This document shows positions 56,530 to 64,000 of a stretch of DNA of 64,000 nt, one piece after another. Both the position numbers and the translations under genes were made by a program. The stretch covers positions 82,078 through 146,077 of the IMG/VR virus record IMGVR_UViG_3300045016_000151; one strand, written 5' to 3'. Each line of letters starts with the position of its first letter. The stretch's first letter is position 1. The DNA comes from a virus. Lineage: Duplodnaviria > Heunggongvirae > Uroviricota > Caudoviricetes. The notes under the pieces are model-generated. The model was not told the origin of the DNA and did not search any database. It saw only the letters and a list, made by a program, of their open reading frames with translations.

Positions 56530-56791
56530 AGACTTAAATCTTACATACGCTGGAGTTCAAGCTGGACATGCAGTAGCAAAATTTATGTTAGAATTCCCAG
56601 GTATATGGTGTAATACTACACTTATATATTTGCGGATAAAGAATGAGGATAAGCTTATAGAATGGCGTGACAAATTAATTGTCAGAGGTATTCCGTATGC
56701 TTTATTTAGAGAACCTGATTTAATGAATCAGGCAACTGCCGTCGCTGTATTGAGCGATGGTAATATATTTAAAAATGTAAAATTATTGTGA
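56492..56791 (+). CDS. PTH2-like peptidyl-tRNA hydrolase homologue
   Basis: LYVLVR.DL....AGVQAGHA, F.EPD....TAVA. Confidence 0.65.
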   Translation: MKQLNRLYVLVREDLNLTYAGVQAGHAVAKFMLEFPGIWCNTTLIYLRIKNEDKLIEWRDKLIVRGIPYALFREPDLMNQATAVAVLSDGNIFKNVKLL

Positions 56792-57079
56792 CAGTAAAAA
56801 ATGAAACTATGCAGTTAAAACCACCAAATGGGCCGGGGATCCATAGCCTCGTTAACCTCCTTTGGGCTGGCGTGTTGCCCATTAACCTTATTGGTTAGCT
56901 ATGAACAATCATAGTACTGTTCGCCAGAACTGCATTCCAGAATGATTTAGGTTAATTGCGAAAGCCCCTGGAACAGGGGAGTCCTACGCATACTTACCCG
57001 TCGTAGGTGAGCCTGTCTAATTATGGGTTAGACCCAGGGTCGATCCAAAAGGTAAGCTCGATCGAAATTAACTATTGTC
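56790..57079 (+). ncRNA. unclassified ornate RNA candidate (about 290 nt)
   Basis: At least nine helices including crossing pairs and a CTTACC/GGTAAG kissing loop. Confidence 0.6.
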
Positions 57080-57150
57080 TGCGTGGCCGAGAACGAAATA
57101 AGCACTAGTCTCTAAAACTAGTTACACGGGGTCGTTCCCCGTCGCAGACA
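57077..57150 (+). tRNA. amber-anticodon tRNA (CTA) with non-canonical D/T loops
   Basis: GTCTGCG/CGCAGAC; CTAGT-CTCTAAA-ACTAG; T loop GTCGTTC; no GG in D loop. Confidence 0.75.
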
Positions 57151-57155
57151 CTTAT

Positions 57156-57483
57156 TCCTCTGTGGTGAAATGAAAAGAGATGTATATTTGTTACGTATTA
57201 ATATACATTACTAAGTCACTAGATTGAATTAGTAGGTGACAGCATCGAGTTACCAGTATAGACTGTTCTTTATGGTCAAGTTCAGAGCAAGTGTATTGGA
57301 AGAATAACTAGGATGAAGCGATTAAACCAATTGTCATGCGACGAACGTTTAGTTGCGTAGCGGCTGAATATTCAATTGAAAATTAGAATGGGATCTTTAC
57401 TACTCCCTGTCGAACGCTTACAAACGGAACTGACTGTCAGTAGACTAAAAGTAATGCTGCAGGTTTGAGTCCTGCCAGAGGGA
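57156..57483 (+). ncRNA. expanded/interrupted tRNA-like RNA (328 nt)
   Basis: Acceptor TCCTCTG/CAGAGGG, T arm GCAGG/CCTGC, CATTACT/AGTAATG helix enclosing about 237 nt of structured insert. Confidence 0.65.
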
Positions 57484-57654
57484 TAAATTTTTATCCGGAC
57501 GGCGTATTATTCTCTCGACGCCTAATAAATATGGGGAGATTATCAGTCCTGTCATAAACAATTCCGCTCAATGAGCACCGGAGCCATTTGATAGGACTTT
57601 TGCATTATATATGGCTCCGCCACGATTACAAAAAACTTTATATCAGGAGATATA

Positions 57655-58323
57655 ATGAATGTACTAAAGAAGGCGCTATCCCCGTTCTGGAATTTTGCTC
57701 CAGATTCTGGGCAAGAAACCCCTTCTGCTGATGAGCAGCTGGCCACGCCCGAAAAAATGGCAACGCCCGCACAAAAAAGTATTAAGCCTGGACGTCAGAC
57801 AGTTGATGAAGAAATTCTGCAACAAATAGTTGCAGATGTTGATAAAGCAACGCCATCAGTCCTGTCGGATTTTTATGGTCTTGTCGAGTCATTATCGGAA
57901 GCTATTGCCGATGAGTCTGCTAGATTTAAATCTGCTTTTATTGCTTTGCAAAAACAAGGAAAAGCAAGTGTAGAAATTTTATTAAATGCTATTACCGCAA
58001 AATTCAGTGCTGTAGATGCGGCATCGGAGCAATTTGATGCTGAATTGTCCGAATCGCAAAAAGGTATTGATACAAAAAGACATCAAGCGGCAAAGATCGA
58101 TGATACCATTGCAGAATTAAATGATCAAATCGAGAAGCTAAAAGTACAAGCTAATGATTTATTGGTTGGTGCCGCACAAGAGGAGCAACAATTGTCTGCG
58201 CAAAAAGATGTATTTACTGCTACGCTCGATTCGGTACGTACTGCAATTAGAGAGCAAGAAACAAAAATAAAAACATATCTAGCAACACAAACAACTTCAA
58301 CGCAAAAGAGAAAGGCACGTTAA
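57655..58323 (+). CDS. coiled-coil protein
   Basis: AGGAG SD; first gene of ABC/OmpA operon. Confidence 0.7.
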   Translation: MNVLKKALSPFWNFAPDSGQETPSADEQLATPEKMATPAQKSIKPGRQTVDEEILQQIVADVDKATPSVLSDFYGLVESLSEAIADESARFKSAFIALQKQGKASVEILLNAITAKFSAVDAASEQFDAELSESQKGIDTKRHQAAKIDDTIAELNDQIEKLKVQANDLLVGAAQEEQQLSAQKDVFTATLDSVRTAIREQETKIKTYLATQTTSTQKRKAR

Positions 58324-59366
58324 TGACACCAGGATTATCTGATGGTCTCGCGAAGTCATTCTGGCAACGCAAAGAGGGCACATTTGGTATGATTGTCGCA
58401 GTAGCATTAGCGGCGGCAGCTTTATACGGACTAAATCTAGCATTACCATTTATTATTGGTTTGTTAGAAAATACATTAACGGCAGCGTTTCTTTTTATGA
58501 CTGTAGTTATTGTAGGTACGATCTTAACAAGTAAGCGATTTTGGACCTTATTTTTTGGTTCATTTAAACTTATTATGCGTTGGGTCACTGGGATTTTCAT
58601 TACTATTGATCCGATCGGTATATTAAAAAATTATGTAGATAAATTAGCTGATAAACTTGTCTTAATTGAAAAACAAATAAAGAATCTCCGAGGTCAGATG
58701 GGGCAATTAAAAGTCACCATTGACACCAACGAGAGAGATCGTCAGCGGTCTATTTCGATGGCAAAGGCGGCAAAAACTTCTGGTAAAAAAGCGGCATTAG
58801 TATTAAATGCACGTAGTGCTGGAAGGTTGAAAGAATCAAACATCACGTTACAGCAGCTCTACACAAAGCTGGAGAGTTTGATGCGTATGTTGAACAAGAT
58901 GCGAGAAGTCTCTGAATTTATGTATGAAGACATCAAACAAAATGTAGATACTCTCGAGCGACAAACCGCGGCAGTAACCACTGGTCACAAAGCCATGACT
59001 GCGGCAATGTCCTTTATTCGCGATGCATCTGATGATAAAAAGCTATATGATCAAACAGTTGAAAATCTACTCAATGATTATGGGCAGAAACTTGGAGAAA
59101 TCGATCAATTCATGGAAGTTGCAACTCCATTTATTGAGGGTGTTGATCTAGCTAATATGGCCTTTGAAGCAGACACATTAAAGGAACTTGAATTATGGGA
59201 AAGCAAAGTAGATAGTTTGTTGCTAGGCGACACAAAAGCATTACTTGTCGGTAATGAAGAACTCGCTCCTTTGTTAAACGAATTACCCTCGGCGCAACAA
59301 GTGCCAATAGAATCAAAATCACAATCAACCACAACATCCAAATATTTACGAAAGAATCGATCATGA
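58323..59366 (+). CDS. membrane-anchored PspA-like coiled-coil protein
   Basis: N-terminal TM helices then long heptad region. Confidence 0.6.
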   Translation: MTPGLSDGLAKSFWQRKEGTFGMIVAVALAAAALYGLNLALPFIIGLLENTLTAAFLFMTVVIVGTILTSKRFWTLFFGSFKLIMRWVTGIFITIDPIGILKNYVDKLADKLVLIEKQIKNLRGQMGQLKVTIDTNERDRQRSISMAKAAKTSGKKAALVLNARSAGRLKESNITLQQLYTKLESLMRMLNKMREVSEFMYEDIKQNVDTLERQTAAVTTGHKAMTAAMSFIRDASDDKKLYDQTVENLLNDYGQKLGEIDQFMEVATPFIEGVDLANMAFEADTLKELELWESKVDSLLLGDTKALLVGNEELAPLLNELPSAQQVPIESKSQSTTTSKYLRKNRS

Positions 59367-61153
59367 ACGAAGGAACCGGAATACGCCCAGCCGGAAGGCT
59401 GCTTATTATTATGGCAATAGTTGGAACATTATTCTATTTGTTATTTTTTGGACCTCTTAACCAATATATTCCCGGCAAAGAACCCGCCAAGGCAGTTGTA
59501 GCAAAAAGGGTAAATCTGGGAAATATTGCAAATACAAAAAGTATTGCAGCGGAACTTCCGCTTCCGTCGGCAGACCCAGCACCTGCTACAAACACAACTT
59601 TCAAGTATGAAATAATGGCCTGGAATTCACAGTTTTCTCTGATGCTTGCCAATGGTGGTATTGTTACCACATCGGGGTCGCTTATGGAAAAGTACGGGGT
59701 TAATATTACACTAGAGCGACAAGATGATTGTGAAAAAATGAAGGCAGACCTAGTGGCATTTGCAACTGAGCTCAAAGACGGAAATCCATATCCATCAGAA
59801 AAACCTGCATTTGTTGCTGTAATGGGAGATGGTGCTGCACAATTTATAGCCGCACTCAATCCAGTACTAGAAAAACTCGGCACTGAATATCGTGCTAAAG
59901 TCATAGGTTCAGCCGGTTATTCTTATGGTGAAGATAAATTGATGGGGCCACCGGAGTGGAAAAAGAATCCTGGGTCTATGCGCGGTTGTGTCATATCCGG
60001 TTATCTACGAGATGGCGACTGGAATATTGCAATGAAATATACTGGTGACAACGGCATTCCAAATAATCCTGATGAAACCACTTACGATCCTAATGCTGTA
60101 AATTGGGTTGCTGCTAATGACTTTTTAGATGCGCCAGCTAAATTAATTGCGGGATATGAAGAAGATCGTCCAGTAGTTATTAATGGCAAGAAAACTGGAA
60201 AAACACAACGTATCAAAGTTCAAGGTACAGTTACTTGGACTCCTGGTGATGTGAATGTCGTCGAACAATGCGACCAAGATATCATAAATATCGTAAGCAC
60301 ACGTGAATATGCGGGGCAAATGCCAAATGCTATTATTGGGATCGATGTGTGGTGCAAAGACAATCGTAAAATGGTTGAAGGAATGCTTCGAGCTATTGGC
60401 GAAGCCGGAGATCAAATAAAAAGATACGATGCCGCAAAACAACGCGCAGCAGAAATCTCGGCCAGTGTATATAAGGAGAAGGATGCTGAATACTGGTTAC
60501 GATATCATGATGGTACAGAAGAACTAAATAAACACGGTTCAGTAGTGCAATTAGGCGGTTCAAAACCAAACAATATTGCAGATATGGTACTTTTGTTTGG
60601 TCCTTCGGGATTATTTAAATCTACCTACGTCGCATTTGGTAATGTTGTAATTCAGCAATATCCAAAACTTGTACCAAGCGTACCAGCGCCAGAAATCGCT
60701 ATCGATGGTTCGTATGTATTAGCTGTTGCAAAAGAAACCAACACAAATACCTCTACGGCAGATCGTTTTACGTTCAAAAAGGGAAGTACCTTAAAAGAAG
60801 TTGTCGGCAAACGTAAATATAGTATTCAATTCGAAATCGGTAGATCAGCTATACGTGCAGGCCAAGAGAACACTCTCGAAGCATTAAAAGATGAGCTTGC
60901 GGTCAGCTTGTCATTGAAAGCTGTAATTCATGGACATACTGATAATACTGGTACTCCTGAAGGAAATATGCGTTTATCGGCAGATCGCGCACAAGCTGTA
61001 CAGTATTGGCTTGAAGGGAAATACCAAGATTTATTCCCGGAAGGTCGATTAAATATTGTTGCACACGGTCAAACCCGGCCAGTGGCTGACAATGATACAG
61101 AGACAGGACGTGCCAAAAACAGACGTGTCGAAATAGTAACTGGCACAGAGTAA
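59363..61153 (+). CDS. ABC substrate-binding protein (NMT1/SsuA-like) fused to OmpA C-terminal domain
   Basis: TM anchor; periplasmic binding fold; GHTDNTG, N..LS..RA, NRRVEI. Confidence 0.8.
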   Translation: MNEGTGIRPAGRLLIIMAIVGTLFYLLFFGPLNQYIPGKEPAKAVVAKRVNLGNIANTKSIAAELPLPSADPAPATNTTFKYEIMAWNSQFSLMLANGGIVTTSGSLMEKYGVNITLERQDDCEKMKADLVAFATELKDGNPYPSEKPAFVAVMGDGAAQFIAALNPVLEKLGTEYRAKVIGSAGYSYGEDKLMGPPEWKKNPGSMRGCVISGYLRDGDWNIAMKYTGDNGIPNNPDETTYDPNAVNWVAANDFLDAPAKLIAGYEEDRPVVINGKKTGKTQRIKVQGTVTWTPGDVNVVEQCDQDIINIVSTREYAGQMPNAIIGIDVWCKDNRKMVEGMLRAIGEAGDQIKRYDAAKQRAAEISASVYKEKDAEYWLRYHDGTEELNKHGSVVQLGGSKPNNIADMVLLFGPSGLFKSTYVAFGNVVIQQYPKLVPSVPAPEIAIDGSYVLAVAKETNTNTSTADRFTFKKGSTLKEVVGKRKYSIQFEIGRSAIRAGQENTLEALKDELAVSLSLKAVIHGHTDNTGTPEGNMRLSADRAQAVQYWLEGKYQDLFPEGRLNIVAHGQTRPVADNDTETGRAKNRRVEIVTGTE

Positions 61154-61175
61154 TTCACAAGTAATCAAAAATTTC

Positions 61176-61206
61176 GGGCAACCGTCAGTAATCCTGGCGG
61201 TTGCTC
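61176..61206 (+). other. intergenic stem-loop after substrate-binding gene
   Basis: GGGCAACCGTCAG-TAATC-CTGGCGGTTGCTC. Confidence 0.5.
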
Positions 61207-61222
61207 TAATTCAAGGAATAAA

Positions 61223-62008
61223 ATGAACCTTACATTGGAAATGTTTTCACCAAACAAGGTTATGTCCAAATCAATTATGACTTCTATGGCAGCAATTCAA
61301 CTTGCCATAGCTGTTGCAGTATGGTGGATTTGGCCCTCATACGTGGTTCCTAAACCATTAGAAGTTTTAGCTAGCTTTAGCAAGATATGGTACAATGGTT
61401 TCGGGCAAGAACTTATCACAAGTTTTATTTTATGTTTGCAAGCGATAGGTATTACATTGATCGTTTCATTAGGATTGACATATGCAACAGTAATGCCTTT
61501 TTTCAGACCTATAGCAATGTTTGTGACAAAAGGTCGTTTTTTAGGACTAGTTGGTTTTACATTTTTATTTACGTTAATCGCTAGTGGTGGGCACCAACTT
61601 AAATTGATGTTGGAAGTATTTGGTATGTCCGTGTTTTTCGTCACTTCAATGATGGCGGTTATAGAAGCAATTCCAAAAAGTGAGTTCGACTATGCACGTA
61701 CATTACAAATGAACGAATGGCGCGCAGTATTTGAAATCATTGTTTTGGGGCGCGCTAGCGATGCAATCGAGGTATTACAACAAAACTTTGCTATGGGATG
61801 GATGATGCTTACTATGGTTGAAGGAGTTGCTAGATCCGAGGGCGGTGTAGGTAAATTTTTACTTGATAGTAACAAACATTTTGAATTAGCAGATATTTTT
61901 GCTATTCAAATAACTATCTTTGTATTAGGTTTATTTATTGATTATGCTATCGGTGCTCTAAATAAAACTATTTGTCCATACGCATTTATTACGAGGGAAA
62001 GAACATGA
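61223..62008 (+). CDS. ABC transporter permease (NitT/TauT family)
   Basis: Multiple TM helices; ARTL EAA-like loop; W.MLT.VE. Confidence 0.8.
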   Translation: MNLTLEMFSPNKVMSKSIMTSMAAIQLAIAVAVWWIWPSYVVPKPLEVLASFSKIWYNGFGQELITSFILCLQAIGITLIVSLGLTYATVMPFFRPIAMFVTKGRFLGLVGFTFLFTLIASGGHQLKLMLEVFGMSVFFVTSMMAVIEAIPKSEFDYARTLQMNEWRAVFEIIVLGRASDAIEVLQQNFAMGWMMLTMVEGVARSEGGVGKFLLDSNKHFELADIFAIQITIFVLGLFIDYAIGALNKTICPYAFITRERT

Positions 62009-62799
62009 AACGGATAACAAAAGAAACTTTGCTTCGTATAGAAAACGTTTCTTTAACATACGGCAATCGACAGATTCTCAAAAATGTAAACGGCGAAATT
62101 AAAAATAACGTCGGACATGGGCAAGTTGTAGGATTATTGGGCCCATCAGGAATAGGCAAAACTCAACTATTTCGTATACTATCTGGTCTGCAGAAGCCCA
62201 CGACAGGAACAGTTCGTATCACTGAGAAAAATATAGAAGTAACCCCCGGCAGTGTTGGCGTCGTAGCTCAGAACTATCCTCTCTTCGCACATCGCACAGT
62301 TATTTCCAATTTACTGTTGGCTGGGCGAAATAGAAAGGATACTCCTGAAAAAGCACGTATATTTCTGGAGCGGTTTGATTTAAAAGCACAGACACATTTA
62401 TACCCATCACAGTTATCTGGAGGACAGCGGCAACGAATAGCCATCATACAACAATTACTATGTAGCGAACATTTTTTATTGATGGATGAACCCTTTTCTG
62501 GACTTGATCCTTTAATGATAGATGAAATCTGTACATTAATAACCGAAGTCGCAAACCTACATGAATTAAATACCATTATAGTAATCACACACGATCATCG
62601 GGCAGCTATTAAAGTCTCCGATATTCTGTGGTTAATGGGGCGCGATCGTGATGAAAACAACAAAGCAATACCAGGAGCTTATATTAAACATACTTATGAT
62701 CTTGTAGAAAATGGGTTGGCCTGGCAAACAGATTTATCATCTTCGCCAGTATTCACGTCATTTGCGAAGATGATAAAAGAACAATTTAAAACACTTTAA
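62005..62799 (+). CDS. ABC transporter ATP-binding protein
   Basis: GPSGIGKT, LSGGQRQR, LLMDEPFSGLD, ITHD. Confidence 0.92.
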   Translation: MKRITKETLLRIENVSLTYGNRQILKNVNGEIKNNVGHGQVVGLLGPSGIGKTQLFRILSGLQKPTTGTVRITEKNIEVTPGSVGVVAQNYPLFAHRTVISNLLLAGRNRKDTPEKARIFLERFDLKAQTHLYPSQLSGGQRQRIAIIQQLLCSEHFLLMDEPFSGLDPLMIDEICTLITEVANLHELNTIIVITHDHRAAIKVSDILWLMGRDRDENNKAIPGAYIKHTYDLVENGLAWQTDLSSSPVFTSFAKMIKEQFKTL

Positions 62800-62835
62800 T
62801 AAATAGCGAACAATAATCATTATATAAGGAACAAT

Positions 62836-63474
62836 ATGAAACGCATATTTATTTTTTTATTTTTATTGTTATTTATATCTATCGGACAAGCGCAATTTAA
62901 TTCTGGTGCTTGTTTCAAATCACAGTATGTAATAAAAGGTATACAGCTGTGTGCAACACCTACAATTGGAGGCTATCTTGAATATTCTACCAAAAACTTT
63001 ATCGCCAATATTACCGCAGATGCAAGTATATCTGAACGCTTCTCCGAAAATACTGTTACATTCGCTTGGAGTTTGGTCAATGACGGGTCAATTTGGCTTT
63101 GCGACTATTACTATCCGTATCCCGCCAATAAATATGGGAACTTTGCCAATAAAAATCTGGGCGCACATTTTATTGAAATCGGAGGAAGGTACAATTATGC
63201 GGGGTTTGAATTTATGGCGACAGGTAATGTTTACAACGACACTACACACAGCAAATACTTACAAATCAACCGAATTATCCGATTACCTGCCGAATCCGGC
63301 CAATTATCCTTCTTTATAGGTGCCGCCATAGGAAAAGCCTTTTTCTATAATACTGAAAAAGGATTGCATGTTATAAATGTTGGAATGAGCCATCAATATA
63401 AAAAACTTGTTGTTACATATTATGTTAATCCAACTGCCGAAGAAAGCAGTGTTATTGTTACTTACAATCTATAG
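62836..63474 (+). CDS. exported protein, putative outer-membrane beta-barrel
   Basis: Signal peptide; alternating beta strands; C-terminal V.V.YNL. Confidence 0.55.
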   Translation: MKRIFIFLFLLLFISIGQAQFNSGACFKSQYVIKGIQLCATPTIGGYLEYSTKNFIANITADASISERFSENTVTFAWSLVNDGSIWLCDYYYPYPANKYGNFANKNLGAHFIEIGGRYNYAGFEFMATGNVYNDTTHSKYLQINRIIRLPAESGQLSFFIGAAIGKAFFYNTEKGLHVINVGMSHQYKKLVVTYYVNPTAEESSVIVTYNL

Positions 63475-63488
63475 TTTATATATTTATT

Positions 63489-63570
63489 AGAGGTATGTGG
63501 GTAACTGGGCATCCCAGCAGAATCATAATCTGCCGCGAAAGCCTTGAGGGTTCAAGTCCCTCTACCTCTA
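63489..63570 (+). tRNA. CAT-anticodon tRNA with Leu-type long variable arm
   Basis: AGAGGTA/TACCTCT; GCAGA-ATCATAA-TCTGC; variable arm CGCGAAAGC. Confidence 0.8.
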
Positions 63571-63586
63571 CGAAAGGAGAAATCAT

Positions 63587-64000
63587 ATGTCAATAATGGA
63601 CAAAATTTTAGTATTAAAGTTAAATAGATCTTGGATGCCCGTAGGATTTTCTACGATCGCTAAGGCTGTTGTAGATTTATGTGCTGACATAAACTGTTAT
63701 GCACTTGACATTCAATATGAACTTGTTGAAGGTCAACCAGATCTCGATAAGCCTATAAGTATGAATCCTGTTACATGGGATAATTGGATACAATTACCCG
63801 TACGACCATGGGACATACCACTGCATTCACCAAGTATTACTGTGCGGGCACCAACGGTTCTTATAGCAAGACATTTTGACGCCATGCCTATTATTGCATA
63901 TGGTACTTATCCTACCACACGTCAGATCCAAGAACGAGATGAATTTACTGATCAATACACCGGAAGGAAACTCGCTCCCGCTGAGATGTCGATAGATCAT
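63587..64000 (+). CDS. HNH-endonuclease-family protein (runs off window)
   Basis: VL.LN..W.P, I.ERD.FTDQYTG...SIDH; AAGGAG SD. Confidence 0.7.
   Translation, partial: MSIMDKILVLKLNRSWMPVGFSTIAKAVVDLCADINCYALDIQYELVEGQPDLDKPISMNPVTWDNWIQLPVRPWDIPLHSPSITVRAPTVLIARHFDAMPIIAYGTYPTTRQIQERDEFTDQYTGRKLAPAEMSIDH

Noticed and set aside
57212-57449. Insert as a canonical group I or group II intron
   Set aside because: No GUGYG start or domain V; group-I-like words (TAAGTC, AACGCTTAC, AAACGG) are not in P3-P4-P7 order; left unclassified
27415-57500. HDV-like (theta) ribozymes at tRNA 3' ends
   Set aside because: Most trailers run straight into ATG or AT-rich sequence; no nested double pseudoknot found by eye; a motif search would be needed to exclude fully
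1-64000. Stop-codon reassignment (code 15 or 4) suggested by the amber tRNA and phage release factor
   Set aside because: Recognisable genes are full length under code 11; breaks are explained by introns or frameshifts; TAA, TGA and TAG all end genes
1-64000. CRISPR array or long tandem repeats
   Set aside because: No regularly spaced direct repeats seen; recurring short motifs are tRNA arms

Overview
64-kb segment of a large tailed phage (jumbo-type myovirus); AT-rich, standard genetic code, host probably diderm (OmpA-domain and beta-barrel genes). 1-11.4 kb (minus strand): baseplate/tail module, sigma-like factor, tape measure protein, and a tail chaperone with a hidden -1 frameshift. 11.5-27.3 kb (plus strand): DNA/nucleotide metabolism (intron-split SF2 helicase and AAA ATPase, RecU, dUTPase, class II RNR, peptide deformylase, MBL nuclease). 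27.4-57.5 kb: RNA and translation island with about 36 tRNAs (37 counting one at 63.5 kb), none encoding CCA, interleaved with ORFs. It includes a compact RNase P RNA candidate, three YrlA-type Y-RNA candidates (circularly permuted tRNA mimics), an intron-split tmRNA, an amber-anticodon tRNA, a 328-nt expanded tRNA-like RNA, several unexplained pseudoknotted RNAs, a CTT-TGA frameshifted mini release factor, RNA repair enzymes and a PncB+NadD NAD salvage pair. 57.6-63.5 kb: ABC transporter/OmpA/beta-barrel module. The most striking system is an apparent mitochondria-like tRNA punctuation scheme: ORF start codons sit 1-5 nt after tRNA 3' ends, several stop codons lie inside tRNAs, and the phage encodes candidate RNase P RNA, nucleotidyltransferase and ribosome-rescue factors. 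All RNA structures were derived by eye and need covariance-model and experimental confirmation.
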